The position numbers and the translations under genes are program-made. DNA of 63,949 nt, filler included, from Craspedostauros australis (lineage: Eukaryota): the NCBI GenBank assembly GCA_030167865.1. It is 9 parts of 9 records of this genome, joined end to end, with 100 filler letters (N's around TTAATTAATTAA, not from the genome) between each part and the next. Parts side by side here need not be neighbours in the genome. Positions count along the whole stretch, not along the records: positions 4,380 to 25,867 come from JALAGF010003193.1; positions 25,968 to 28,169 come from JALAGF010003194.1; positions 28,270 to 48,265 come from JALAGF010003196.1; 6 more parts are not named here. One strand, given 5' to 3'. The notes beneath the pieces were generated by a model. It ran no database searches and was not told the origin of the DNA. It was given only the letters and a program-made list of their open reading frames with translations. Shown here one piece after another: positions 22,458-34,514 of this stretch. Every line of letters starts with the position of its first letter. The first letter of the stretch is position 1.

Positions 22458-23738
22458 ATGGAGCAAGAGGAGATCAACAATCTAACCGAGGAGGAGCGAC
22501 GCAGAATCGATGCTGACATCGGAGGCGGGTACTCCAGTTTTGAAGATGACGAAGGAGATGTTGAAGGAGGTGTCGAGGAACAGGAAAGAGGTGCAGGCGA
22601 GGGAGATGGTGGCGACAATCGCGGTGGTGACGGCGATGGTAGCATCATAGGTGTTGACGGCACCAGGGCAGACAATCACATGTTTGACCAAGGCATTGCT
22701 GGTACGAGCGGAGATGTCAGCGGTGATGTCAGCGGTGACGATCAAGCTCAGGTATCATCTGCACCTGCACCTGTATCTGCGACAACCACAGCAGCGTCAA
22801 CTGCAACAACATTGACTACGACAACAACAGCCAGAAAAGCCAATGACGCTGAAGACGACGAGCAGAGGTTGCTCAAGCTCAGGATGTTCAACGACGAAAT
22901 GTCCAAGCTCCCTTTGAATTCCACGCAGGGCTACCTGAAGGCGTTGGAGGCCACATCTAGAGACTTTGTGCACAGCGAGACCGACCCCATCGTATTCATG
23001 AGGACGGCCCCGACGAACGATGTACAAATGTCAGCTGCGTCGGCAGCCCAGCGTGTGGCAAAGTACTGGTCATCACGCAACAAGTTCTTCCAAGAGGAAT
23101 CCTACCTGCCGATGAGCCTCCATTCATCGCTGAACGAGGAAGATCAAGTGACGATACGCCGTGGCATTGTCCGAATCTTGGGGAAGGACCAAAGCGGACG
23201 ATGGATCTTCCACATCCACCGAGCGGCGTACTCCGCCAAGACCACGAGCCGCAACTCGGTCTTCCGCGTCTGCTTCTGCCTGCTGCAGTGGCTGGCCAAA
23301 CGTCCGGACGCCCAAGGCAGGGGAATCGTCATGCTCGTCAACCTCCTCGGCTTCGACATGTTCGCCAACTTCAACCGCGCGCTGATCAAGACCATCGTCA
23401 GCACGGCCTCCGATTGCATGCCATTTCGCATGAAGGCATGGCATATCACCGTCACGCGATCCATCGCATTCACCGACATGGTCCTGCCATCGCTGAAGTA
23501 TCTCCTGGGGAGGGAGAATCGGCTGAGGTTGCTGCTGCACGGTGACCACTGTCTGGATTCCCTGGCATCGTTCGGCATCGGGCCCGAGTGTGTCCCGATC
23601 GAGATGGGAGGCGGCTCCACGATGGAAGAATTCCTGTCATTGATGGAGCTGCCAATCGATGTAGAGTTCACAGAGCAAGGTGAGCACATTGGTCGGAGTG
23701 GCAGTGGCAGTGAAGACAGCTTGTCGTTGCAATCGTAG
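22458..23738 (+). CDS. CRAL-TRIO (SEC14-like) lipid-binding domain protein
   Basis: ETDPIVFMR...AAQRVAKYW..R, GIVRILGKDQSGRWI, AQGRGIVMLVNLLGF, MPFRMKAWHI, RLRLLLH and GIGPECVPIEMGG match CRAL-TRIO motifs. Acidic low-complexity N-terminus. Confidence 0.85.
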   Translation: MEQEEINNLTEEERRRIDADIGGGYSSFEDDEGDVEGGVEEQERGAGEGDGGDNRGGDGDGSIIGVDGTRADNHMFDQGIAGTSGDVSGDVSGDDQAQVSSAPAPVSATTTAASTATTLTTTTTARKANDAEDDEQRLLKLRMFNDEMSKLPLNSTQGYLKALEATSRDFVHSETDPIVFMRTAPTNDVQMSAASAAQRVAKYWSSRNKFFQEESYLPMSLHSSLNEEDQVTIRRGIVRILGKDQSGRWIFHIHRAAYSAKTTSRNSVFRVCFCLLQWLAKRPDAQGRGIVMLVNLLGFDMFANFNRALIKTIVSTASDCMPFRMKAWHITVTRSIAFTDMVLPSLKYLLGRENRLRLLLHGDHCLDSLASFGIGPECVPIEMGGGSTMEEFLSLMELPIDVEFTEQGEHIGRSGSGSEDSLSLQS

Positions 23739-25540
23739 TACGAGTAATAGCATCAGTGGCAATGCCATCATCAGGAAAGGTACATACGCAACGATCATGG
23801 TAGCATGAATGGTGGTGGTGGCGGCCACATCAGCGTCAGTTTTGAATGGATGGAAGAAGCAGAGTTGGAAGTGAACAGGTGGAGCATGTCAATGTCAAAC
23901 TTGCAGCCAAGCTCTGCAGATACGCAAGAAGCCGATGAGCATCATCACGAGTGGGCATGTCGATGCTGGAATGGGGTTAGCACGAGGGCTGACACCATCT
24001 GCATCCACACCATCAACAGTATACTCATAGCAGCAACAGCATAAGCTCCTTCAATATCATCGTCCTCGGATACAAGCACCATCAGCAACACTTGCAACAT
24101 CTGCAAACATGCACAGACCAGGCGAAGAGCCATCCCCCAAGATCAAGTCTGACTGAGACCGAGCAACAACCAACGTTGTGGACTGCATCTATCGAGATGC
24201 TTGTGTTGGAGGTGGCTGCAAACGCATTGCATGCACATCTACTGTACATACGCAGGTGCTGCCCAAGTTGTCACCCTTAGCTTCAACAAACACCAACGAC
24301 TTCCCCCAACATGTTACTTCCAACATGGATTCACCACCAAACATGGTTCTTGGCACCGACGCATGATGCGATGACGACGAAGCAAGATTCGACGGCATGG
24401 TTGGAGGCACCACGCCATACACCATGGCAAGACCAGCACTGAGGAGCATGCAACTGATGGGCCAACCGCATCCACGCAGCGCCGACAAGGGAAGATCGAT
24501 GACGCAACGCGAGACGGGTGGTGATGCATCTATCTACTCCACATCCTCTTGATGCACTGCACCGGAGCTAAACATGGAAGCACGCACACACACACACACG
24601 CAGGCACTCATCTACTGGATGAACACGACGCTACTGTACAGACATATAATATAATACGAAGGCTGCAAGTCAACTCTTGTTCGCATTGCCCATAATCTGC
24701 GCGAGCAGAATGATCGCCATCCGTTTCTTTTTTTGGACAAATTCAACAGTTCAGGTATGCATGTGCGTTGCTATGACAAGCAGATTCCACGTGGGAGAAC
24801 CATAGTCCAAGAAACAGAAAGGTTCCTGGTACAAATGCAAAGATCAGAGTAACAGTGAGACAAAAGCGAGGCATGTAGGTCCTTGCTGCTGATCAATTGG
24901 AGGCGGCTCCATGGCTCGGTGTGCCCAAATGGTTCCAACGCAAGAGTGGTCTCGATTAGAACAGAGCAGAGTCGAGGGCTCCCATGTGTTGGATCGCTTA
25001 AGATGTACCAGCTCCCACACTCGTGCGTGTATTAGGACACACATGTGGTCGACCAGTGAGGATTTGTGTTCGTGTTGGCGTGTCTGACGCGGGCTGTGAC
25101 TCTGGACATCCCGTTTCTCCGATTTCTCCTTTGGTGTCATTTTCGGAGAATTGGTTCCAAACGTGGACGTGGCGAAAGTGGGTCGCATGTCAGACGAACA
25201 TGGTGAAGCGACAGCACGGGAGCGGTTGGACAAGCGACATGACGTGCAGGCGGTTTCAGAACAACGAAGGGCGACGCAGCGATGTACGAGTAGTGGCATG
25301 AGTGTATTGCGTTTGATTGCGTGTGGTGGTGCTCCAATCGAGCGAGATACCTACTTTGCGTACGATGTCGTCATTCAGCAACCATGATGTTGCTCTGGAG
25401 AAAGAGCAGAACATTATCTGTACTCGAGAATGCTCTCCTACATGGCAGCGATTCTTTTTCTTTCCCACTCTGAGTTGAAGTTCATCTAAAGAACGGACTA
25501 CTTTTCACTCAGTGTGTTCCTTGTCGCACCTTGAAATTAT

Positions 25541-25565
25541 TTTGGCGCGAAATTTTGGCGCGAAA
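25541..25565. promoter_or_regulatory. Two tandem E2F-type sites (TTTGGCGCGAAA x2)
   Basis: TTTGGCGCGAAA at 25541-25552 and 25554-25565; this is the reverse complement of the classic overlapping E2F element TTTCGCGCCAAA. Confidence 0.4.
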
Positions 25566-25967
25566 TATCCCACCAACAAATACGGAACAATCACTCTTTT
25601 CCCTCCTTCTCCCACACTCATTCATGAATCACCACTGACTCAAACACTATCCGAAGTCAATGNNNNNNNNNNNNNNNNNNNNNNNNNNNNNNNNNTGAAC
25701 TATTGTAATGCAGCCAACCTGAATTCCGTTGTCAGCTAAACAACCTGACAACCTTGCATGACAACAGCCAAGAGATCCTCCCCGCTTCAACACACACAGG
25801 GAATCTTACATCAATTCCTGCGGCCTGACAACCTGTGTTCTCGATCCCAAACCTCAATCAAGGTGTCNNNNNNNNNNNNNNNNNNNNNNNNNNNNNNNNN
25901 NNNNNNNNNNNTTAATTAATTAANNNNNNNNNNNNNNNNNNNNNNNNNNNNNNNNNNNNNNNNNNNN

Positions 25968-28169
25968 AGACAACAAGGCAATGGTACTGAACACCACGGC
26001 CCCTCCATCGCCCTTGAAGAAGAAACACTGCTCCTCGGCATTCCACCAGATTCGAGAGTGCATCGCCGCAGGTATCATTGTACTCTGCTGCATTGCTTCA
26101 ATCAACACCACCTCTGACATGCACACCAAACCACTCTCCAAAAACCCCTTCCGCCACATCGCATCGAAGACGGTCCTCAGGAACTTAATATACGAACCAG
26201 GGCCCCACCACGAAATCGTATCCCCCGCGAAACCGCGCGCCAAGGTCACCAGAGCGGAAGACGACCCTGACCTGCCAACCGATCGACCAGAGGCGCAATC
26301 ATGCCACAGCAAGAAACGCACCGATACAAGAAACATCAATGTCATCCGGCACCAACAAACACGCATGGACATCAGCCCATCGTCAACTACCCTCTGGCTC
26401 ACGACAACTCGACGGGAGCCGACCCCTCTAGAGAGGTCCCGGAGAAGGCCACCTAGACCCGTCACACCGATCGCAATCACGTTGGCCGAATCCAGCCGGC
26501 AGACGCCACCAAATTTCGATGTCGCATGCGAGACGCCCGATATCCTTGCCACGACTACTGATCGCAATCCCAGTAACGGATCACTTGACAATGTTTGTCA
26601 CCAACCCATCGACGCATCTCCGACGGATCTCGCAACAGAACCCAGCCCACCGCCAGACATCAATTTTTCATTGACATCGGAAAGCTTGACGCCTCGGTTT
26701 TCTGTCACGCTGGAACACGTTCTCAGCTCTCAGGTGCTGTACCCTGCAGGGAAGAAGGGAACCTTCCATGGAATTGTCACAGGCTACGATGGTCACAGGG
26801 TCTGTATCTTCTGTACCAAGGGCAACAGGAAGGTCCACACTGACACCATGTCCTATGCAGACAGCCAATCCGTATTCCCACTCTCCCTCCACGAATATCC
26901 CGATGAAGACCTCAAGGCTACAGAGGTCCTCAGCATCGCAATCGCGGATGGACAGTGGTCCTACCCAGCTGACGACGGCGCATGGGCAGAGGAACTCAGC
27001 ATGGATAGATCCACGAATCAGAGACCATCAACCTGCCACTTCTTCAGTTTGAGGAAGAACTGCATTCCTGTCATCCTCGCACGAGCGAAGCAGGCACAAA
27101 GTATCCAGAATCAGAGCGACCCCATCGCAGTGAACTTGGAACGGACAAAGACAGCACTCAAACGGGATCCTATTACACCCATCACCGAGGATGAAATAGT
27201 CAACGACATCCCTGAAATCGAGGATCGACAACCCCGCCTCAAGGAAGGAGAGACAGTCAATGGGAAATTCCTATCAGAGGTTCCAGAAGGGTACTTTGAT
27301 CAGGAACCCGCAGCAACCAGCGCAGCCAAGCCAAAGGAAACCACTGACACAGAAGCTGCAATTGCACAAGGGATTGTCACCAGCTCACTGCCCATCCCCG
27401 GGCCATCAGTCCAACGCTCCCAACACATGTCGCCACCACCCAAGATCTTGGCCGGTACTCATGATAGGGGAGGCTACAATGACAAGTCTAGACCACTCCA
27501 GAAGGCCCCAGATCCTTCCAACAAGAAGGACATGCCAGAGTCAGAACCTCTGGGCATCGAGGAGTCGGCACCCATCTACCGACCAGACAAGATCAACCCA
27601 AACCAGGCACATACCCAAACCACCCATGCCAGCAACCACATCGACGATTGTGGCGACTCCCCAGATGAAAGAGAGACCCTTGATGAATCAGTGGGAATGC
27701 CAATACCACCCAGGAGACCAGTGATCATGGAGAGGGCCTTCGATGCTCCCAATCAGTTCAGGAAGATTGTTCCAAGTCCATCTCCACGCCCAGCAACCAG
27801 TCCAAGGCTGGGAGAGGAGCATCTGGATATGCACCCAATGCCATTGACCCCACAAGACGGGTCAGTGACCGGAAGATCGTTCCCCATGACGGCACCAGGT
27901 GCCAAGGAGGCCACCAACCCAAGGAAGAGGACCAGAATGGACCTTCCCATGCCAGAGCCATACCCATCCCCAAGGCGACTCCAATCCTGCAACGTCATGC
28001 CAAGGGCACGAACGACAGCCATGAACTACATGCCCAACCATCTGTCCATCCTTGACCCTACCAACAGGATCAGAGCAGTCCCCCACACTGATCCCAGATC
28101 GGACCAAGCCACCCAAGACATTACCGCCACCCTCCACCGTGAAGGAATGACCCACATCAATGAGATCCA
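25968..28169 (+). CDS. Long Pro/Thr/Ser-rich ORF spanning a whole small contig; possibly a retroelement ORF1-like protein, partial at both ends
   Basis: About 730 codons open, with a small globular-looking core (QVLYPAGKKGTFHGIVTGYDGHRVCIFC...QWSYP...CHFFSLRKNCIP). No introns; CpG thins toward the 3' end. No diagnostic domain recognised. Confidence 0.45.
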
Positions 28170-28964
28170 NNNNNNNNNNNNNNNNNNNNNNNNNNNNNNN
28201 NNNNNNNNNNNNNTTAATTAATTAANNNNNNNNNNNNNNNNNNNNNNNNNNNNNNNNNNNNNNNNNNNNTGGATGGGATGAGCGCCCTGTGGTGTCCATT
28301 CATGAGGACATGCAGCAGGTACATACCGTACGAATGAATATGAACGAGAGCACCGAAGAGATTGAGACGATCTGACGAGCAGCAGAGCCACCGCATATCG
28401 AGGGGACCAAGCAGATACGGACGTTATTACCGGTTATTTGAGCGTTAGACTGGGCACTTGCAGCTGAATCGTACGCAGCAGAGTAGAGACCACATGAGAG
28501 GTAAATGGCTCGTGCCTTGAGCTCATAATCCGTTGTTTACTTCTAATTCCATGCCTTTTCCCAGTAGGAGAGTTTGACGAGATATGTCATTCTCATTCAG
28601 AATCCAATCTTGCGGGAAACAGCCACGGTTTCCAAAACACGCCACGTCATGCAGCGACATCTCTGGACCGATCATTTCACCCAACACACAGAGAAAAATT
28701 CAAAATTTGTCGGACTATTACGACGGAGTACGGGTATCCCAGGAAGAAAATGGGCACCGTTTGTGGATGGAGTGGCTTCATTGGTGGTGCTGCGTCTATC
28801 GCCTGTGGGCGCGGTAGAGCACTCGAGAGTAGAGCAGGCAGGTAGGCATCATAGGCATCAGCGAAGAATGAGCCCATCATAGAATACGAGTATCCCCCAA
28901 TTGCCTACCCTTGCCAAGATGCGCATCAGTGTCAGTGTCAGTGTCAATACTGTACCTGTTTGCA

Positions 28965-31466
28965 TCATGACGACGGTGGTGGCTTTCGTTGCTTGCGGCG
29001 TGTGCTCTTGGCTGGTTTCTTCGTGCTTCGTCGTTTCGTGGTGGTATTGGTGTTGCCACCTTGGACTGCCGCAGTGCTCGTCGCATTCTGCTGTGACGAC
29101 CCATCGTCAGAGGCAGGACGTTGATCTGTGCCATCCCCACCAGCAACAGCAGTTGCTTCACGTGAAGTCGTTGAGGTTCTTGATTGAGACGACTGCGCCA
29201 CGTCTCGTGGATTCCACACGAAGCCGATGTTTGACAGCTTTTGAATCCGTTCCTCGTTCATGTTGGACTTCTTGTCTGCCTGGAAAAATCGATACTGTCT
29301 GCGCTGGCACTTGACCCACACGGCCAGCGACTGGTTGGCGGCGTACCTCGATGGGACGTTGCAATGGCCATGCTGCCTCCGAAAGTCTGACAACTCGTTC
29401 AGCTTTTCTTGCCATGCGGCTCTGTGCGAATCCCAGATGAACTCGAGGCCCTCCAGCATCGTCTGCCGCTGAGTGGACAGGGTGGAGTGAGCACCTGACA
29501 TCTTGGCCTTGTACTGACAGCGCTGTCGTTTCACCCAGTGCGCTAGCGATGGGTTCGCCTTGTATTGGAGGGGGACGAGGGCATGGCCGTGCTGATGCAC
29601 GAATTGAACGAGCTGCTGATAACGTTGCATCCATCTTTCGTTGTGGATGGGACCGAAAGTTCTGTCCGGGTTGGCTTCTTCTCTTGATGCTCCTGATGCT
29701 GTTGATGCGACCGATGCTGTCGATGTTCTTGTCTCGCTTGTATTGTGCGTGGTATTGGCGGTGGCGCTGCTGCTGATCGTGCTGCCGGCATTGGATGGTA
29801 GCATGAAGGGTCTTGACGAACTTGAGGACCTTTTTGGCGAGCTTGCGCGCTTCTGCTTCTTCTTCCTACTCAACTCGTCACCCACGCCGGGCGATGCCAA
29901 GGCCACAGAGGGTGCCAGGCGGTCGGAACTTCCACCAACACCGCCGTCCATGTTTGAGATGGGAACATGCTGAGATGCGGGTGTAGGGGAGAGTGTCAAG
30001 GATGCTGAGTTGAGGAGAACGCGCTTCCTTGTTCCAGTTTTGCTCGCGCTATCCGATTGCGCCGGAGGGTCAAAAGTAAACTCATCCCACGTTTCTTGCA
30101 TTTGGCGAGTTTCCCAAGGCAGGGCATCAGCCATGTCTGAACTGTGTGAATGGCCGAATGCGGAAGGGTGGGAGAATGGGTCATTCTGCTCGCCTTCGGT
30201 GCCTTGATGTGAGTGTGGACGCAGCTGCAAGTTATGTTGCTGGTCTTGGTGGCAGTCTTGGTACTGTCCGTAGTTGAAGCCGCGTCTGTTAGCTGAGTCT
30301 TGAGTGAAGTTGTCATGGTCTTGATTTTGAGCTTGGTCTTGTTGATGCTGTCGATGCTGCTTCCGACGATGGCAGTCTTGTTGATGTTGCATGTTGAGCG
30401 TGTCTTGTTGGGGCTGATGAATGCCCCCGCCCGCATGAGCTTGGCCATGCTGGGATGATCCAGGAAATGACGCAGAGGGATGACGCGAGGTGGACTTGGA
30501 CTGTTGCTGTTGCATGTCTGACGCAAAATCCAACGACGCGGCTCCAGTGATGTTTTGATGCAGCGAGCTTGATAGTTGGGCGGCCATGCTCTCGCCGCGG
30601 AGCGTGCTATTCTGATGGAGAAAGTCGTTGTTTGTCCTGAAGTTCAGAGAGTCCGCGATGTGAATGGCACCTGAAGCACCGGTAGATGATGGGTTGCCAA
30701 AGGCCTGATCGATGACATCACTGAAGCTGAGTTGGCCGATCCGTGGTAGCTGGCGATTCTGCTGTTGCTGTTGTCGCTGCCGTTCAATCTGGTGCTGGCG
30801 GAGTTGATACAGCTGGTCGTAGGGTTGTTGCTGCCCTTGTGATCGTGATTGTGACTGCAGAGATTGCGAATGGAAGTATGCCGATCGCAGGTTGTCATGG
30901 TGGTCTTGCTTGTACTCCGTGGGCATGGCCGTGCCGAAGGACTGCAGAGATGGCTGTTGACGGTCTTGGTTGGACAGCGGTTGCACCTGTGATTGGTATT
31001 GCCCGAGGCCAGAGAGAGTGTCCGATTGTGCGCATGATGCGAATCGCGATCGTAGCTGTGCTTGATGATCCACGCTGGTCGAATGTAGAGCCTGCGTTGA
31101 GGAGTTGACTATGGTCGTTGAGTCCATGCGCCTGGTCGCTATCGGAGCAGGCTCGAGAGCAGCTGCTGCTTCGGGTGTCATGCTGGGAAGATTGCCATGG
31201 AGAAGCGCCGACACCGGCTTGCTTCTGCTCACAATCCCACTGTTGTTGCTCCTCCCCTGAGTCCGGCCGAAGCTCTGCGAATCGCCGCACGTATCTGTCT
31301 CAAAGAATGCCAGCATTGCCAGTTCGTCGGAGGTGCTGGTGTTGGGACTTGATCTTGATGCAACGTGACCTCTTCGTATCCCTTCGGCGCTGTGTGGGCG
31401 CGTTCTATTGGCGCCATCGTGTTGGCCGCGATCGTCTGCAGTGTGTGACCTGCCCAGTGCTGACAT
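28965..31466 (-). CDS. Helicase-associated (HA) domain protein: two HA repeats after a Gln/His/Ser-rich region (putative DNA-binding regulator)
   Basis: W..RYQQLVQFVHQHGHALVP..Y.ANPSLAHWVKRQR...LEGLEFIWD and W.EKLNEL.DFRRQHGHCNVP..Y.AN.SLAVWVKCQR...ERIQKLSNIGFVW (about 29200-29645); basic NLS-like RKKKQKR. Confidence 0.9.
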   Translation of the reverse strand: MSALGRSHTADDRGQHDGANRTRPHSAEGIRRGHVASRSSPNTSTSDELAMLAFFETDTCGDSQSFGRTQGRSNNSGIVSRSKPVSALLHGNLPSMTPEAAAALEPAPIATRRMDSTTIVNSSTQALHSTSVDHQAQLRSRFASCAQSDTLSGLGQYQSQVQPLSNQDRQQPSLQSFGTAMPTEYKQDHHDNLRSAYFHSQSLQSQSRSQGQQQPYDQLYQLRQHQIERQRQQQQQNRQLPRIGQLSFSDVIDQAFGNPSSTGASGAIHIADSLNFRTNNDFLHQNSTLRGESMAAQLSSSLHQNITGAASLDFASDMQQQQSKSTSRHPSASFPGSSQHGQAHAGGGIHQPQQDTLNMQHQQDCHRRKQHRQHQQDQAQNQDHDNFTQDSANRRGFNYGQYQDCHQDQQHNLQLRPHSHQGTEGEQNDPFSHPSAFGHSHSSDMADALPWETRQMQETWDEFTFDPPAQSDSASKTGTRKRVLLNSASLTLSPTPASQHVPISNMDGGVGGSSDRLAPSVALASPGVGDELSRKKKQKRASSPKRSSSSSRPFMLPSNAGSTISSSATANTTHNTSETRTSTASVASTASGASREEANPDRTFGPIHNERWMQRYQQLVQFVHQHGHALVPLQYKANPSLAHWVKRQRCQYKAKMSGAHSTLSTQRQTMLEGLEFIWDSHRAAWQEKLNELSDFRRQHGHCNVPSRYAANQSLAVWVKCQRRQYRFFQADKKSNMNEERIQKLSNIGFVWNPRDVAQSSQSRTSTTSREATAVAGGDGTDQRPASDDGSSQQNATSTAAVQGGNTNTTTKRRSTKKPAKSTRRKQRKPPPSS

Positions 31467-34400
31467 TGAAGCTGCTGCTGCTGCTGGTGGTGGTAGTGGC
31501 GATGGTGATGGTGGGAGGGGTGGATTGCGGTCGATGTCTGTGTTGTGCTATAGTGCGAGTGGTGCCTGTGTGCGCATGTGCTCAGGTTTTCGAAGTGTCA
31601 AATCACAGAAGAAACAGCAGAGCTACCGATCCAGCTTGTTCCCATCCCTGAAGTGAGTGTTGCTTCACTGCCTCGCCCGTGTGACGTGCTGCCCAAATAG
31701 TTCTCTCGTTCTGCCTCTCTCGCTTTCGTTCTGTGTCTTTGTGGGTGGACGATGTGGAAAGTGGGCTCTCTCTTTCTCTCTCTCTCTTGCTCTTCCCGAC
31801 CCGTGCTTGTACTTGGGTTTTGTTCTCTGTTGCTTCGTTGCTTCGTTGCGTTCCGTCGCCTTCCCAACAACCAGCCTCGCAGAACCGAATGAAAACCTCG
31901 TTTCTGTGTCCTCTCTGCCTTCGATTTCGCGTGTTTTCAAATTGTGGGCACTCCGGAATGTGTGGACGTCGTGTTGGCTTCTTGGCGACTACGTCTTGTT
32001 CCATCTCTGGTGTTTCTCCCATCCATGCCAGTCGTTCTACTTTCCACTCGAAAGATCACCCGAATGAATTCCACCCTTCCTGGAGTTTGTGAAAGGACGG
32101 GGGAGCCACTCTGGACATGAATGTTCGATCTGTTCTGGCACTCTGCCAAAGTCTGTCGATTAAATAGTGAGGACGAGGATGGGGCATTTGACCGACCCAC
32201 CGCATTCCACCTGGTAAACACATAGACTACGCCTATCGAGATCGCCACAACCTAATTACAACCATGGAGAATTCCGCCACAACTCTTTTCCACACATCTC
32301 GTCTATTTCGGCGTATTTTTCAGTGGCGCAAGGGCCATTCTAATGGCGAAGAACGCAATCGTACACACTACGCAGCACATAAGGATAGACGCTTCGCCAA
32401 AACAAGAATACGCGCACAAATATGCACAAAGAGCTGTTGTTGGTGCAGTACGCTGTCTACATGCGAATAAAATGTGTGCGCAAGCACAAGAGGGCGCAAA
32501 TGGACGGGTCCCACTGACAGCGTGGACAATGTCACAACAACGAAAGTGGCGAGCATAGTACTCTGCGCAGGCTATGTGCGAAGCCTGTTCCTCCACGAGT
32601 GATACGAAGTCCACACACGTCGCCAATTCAAGGAGGAAGAAGAAGCACCGCGATGACGAGAGGGACACGTGTGCAATTTCCTGTTGTTGTGGGCGACACG
32701 GTGATGTTGGAGAGCGAATGTTGGAGAAATACGGTGGAGATAGACCGAATGTGGGGGATGCCGCTCTTCTGACCCGTCTGGAGTGGAACAACCGTGCCAT
32801 TTCCAACCTAGTGACATAATTGTCGCCCCGAGAGATTCGCTCTGGGCTCATCTTCATCCACCTTGGGAGAAGGCGACGAAGCAGGCCGATTCAGCCTCGG
32901 AGAAATCTCCTCACCTGTCTCGATCGCGATGCGTGTGTTGTTGGTTTGCTTTGGTATTGTTGTGGCGTCTACTCGTACTTGGACTTTGGGCAGTGAGGGA
33001 AGAGCGGCGTGGCATATGATGACGAGTGCTTCGCGACCATCGCGCGTACGTTAGCATCGCAATGGACGTACTTCATTCCATCGTAGTTCGAGTGCGAGTA
33101 TTGCTCCCACCGGGATGGCAGAGCGATTGCGTTGTTTCCACTGGTAGTGTGGTGCAATAGATACGAGGACGATCGTAAGCTTTGAGACTTGAGGTGAAGC
33201 GGGTTACTCGGAAGTAGAGGAGCAAAAGATTGTGGCACCAGATCAGACGTGGCACAAGGCCACATGTTCCTTCGCAGTCACCCCAGTACATATTCCATAC
33301 CAGCACGTACGCAACTGTAACCACATTCTTGCTGGCATCGCATTACTCAGCTCTCCCCACTCTGCTGCTCTCTCCCAAGATGCCACTTCTACCTGCGAAG
33401 CCGGTCATCCTCTGCTCTACTCCGCTCGACTTGACTTGACTCTGATTGCATTCCACTCCACTCTACTGCAATAAACAAAACAGTGGAATATCCGCTCTGA
33501 CTACCGGTGGGATGCGCACCTCCGTATTCCGACTTTGCCGCCCTCCAGATCGGTCGCCTTGTCATAGCAAGGCGGTCGGATTCAACAGGTCGAAGTCCAT
33601 TCGCTTCCTCCGAATTGGGACTGTTTGGGATACTCCTTTGTTCTTTGGTCAAGAATGAAAGCGTCGAATGATGCCCTGCACCCCACAAGACCCCTCCGCC
33701 TCTGTGGAGAAGAGAAAGGTGCACCAGAAGAGACGCAGCCAACGGAAATGCCGAATTCTCCGCAGGCTCTCTGCTTTTGCGAGAAATAGTGGAAGATGAC
33801 GAGTTTCCGCTCATTCCGGCGCAACCCAGGACCACAACACGAGCACTCAGGGTCATGGGTAGAAGTGTAATAGGTAGCTCGTACTACTCAATCCACCACC
33901 TGTTCTCCACTACTACTCGCAACACAAAGTACGTTGCGAACGTACGAGTACGTCGCCCAGTTGTCGCGCCATGACAGAGACTGATGGAATAGGAGGAGTA
34001 CTTTGGATCCTTCTCAGGTTGCAGCTGATGATCTACTTGTACGTAGTCGAGTACCGATTCTGACAAGTTGCCAGCCAAGAACTACGAGCAGAGCAGAGAA
34101 GAGTACTAGAATACTATTTCTACTCTCTCCCCCTCCCTCCAGAGCAGGATGCATACCAATTCGACAGAAGGATGTTGCAGTTGTAACTCGATCCTTGCGT
34201 GATAATCAATCAATCCATCAATCCATCGCATTGAATTGAATCGATTTCTCTGCCTGTCGTTCTGTCTGAATCAAACCGCCGTTCAACATTCGACCTGCCT
34301 TCGTGTCTTGTCCACGATCAGGTATGTATGGCGCGTCTGCAAGGGATTGCACTATCCCAGACAGCAGAGTGCTCCAAGCAGAAGTACACTTCTTTCGCGT

Positions 34401-34514
34401 TCTTCCCCTCTTTCTGCTCCTCCGCATTGGCCGTCCACGGACTGTGATCTTTCACATCCGCCATCTCCATCAATTGTTCCCTGGCTATCTTTACTACCAC
34501 TCGCTCTTGCAACG

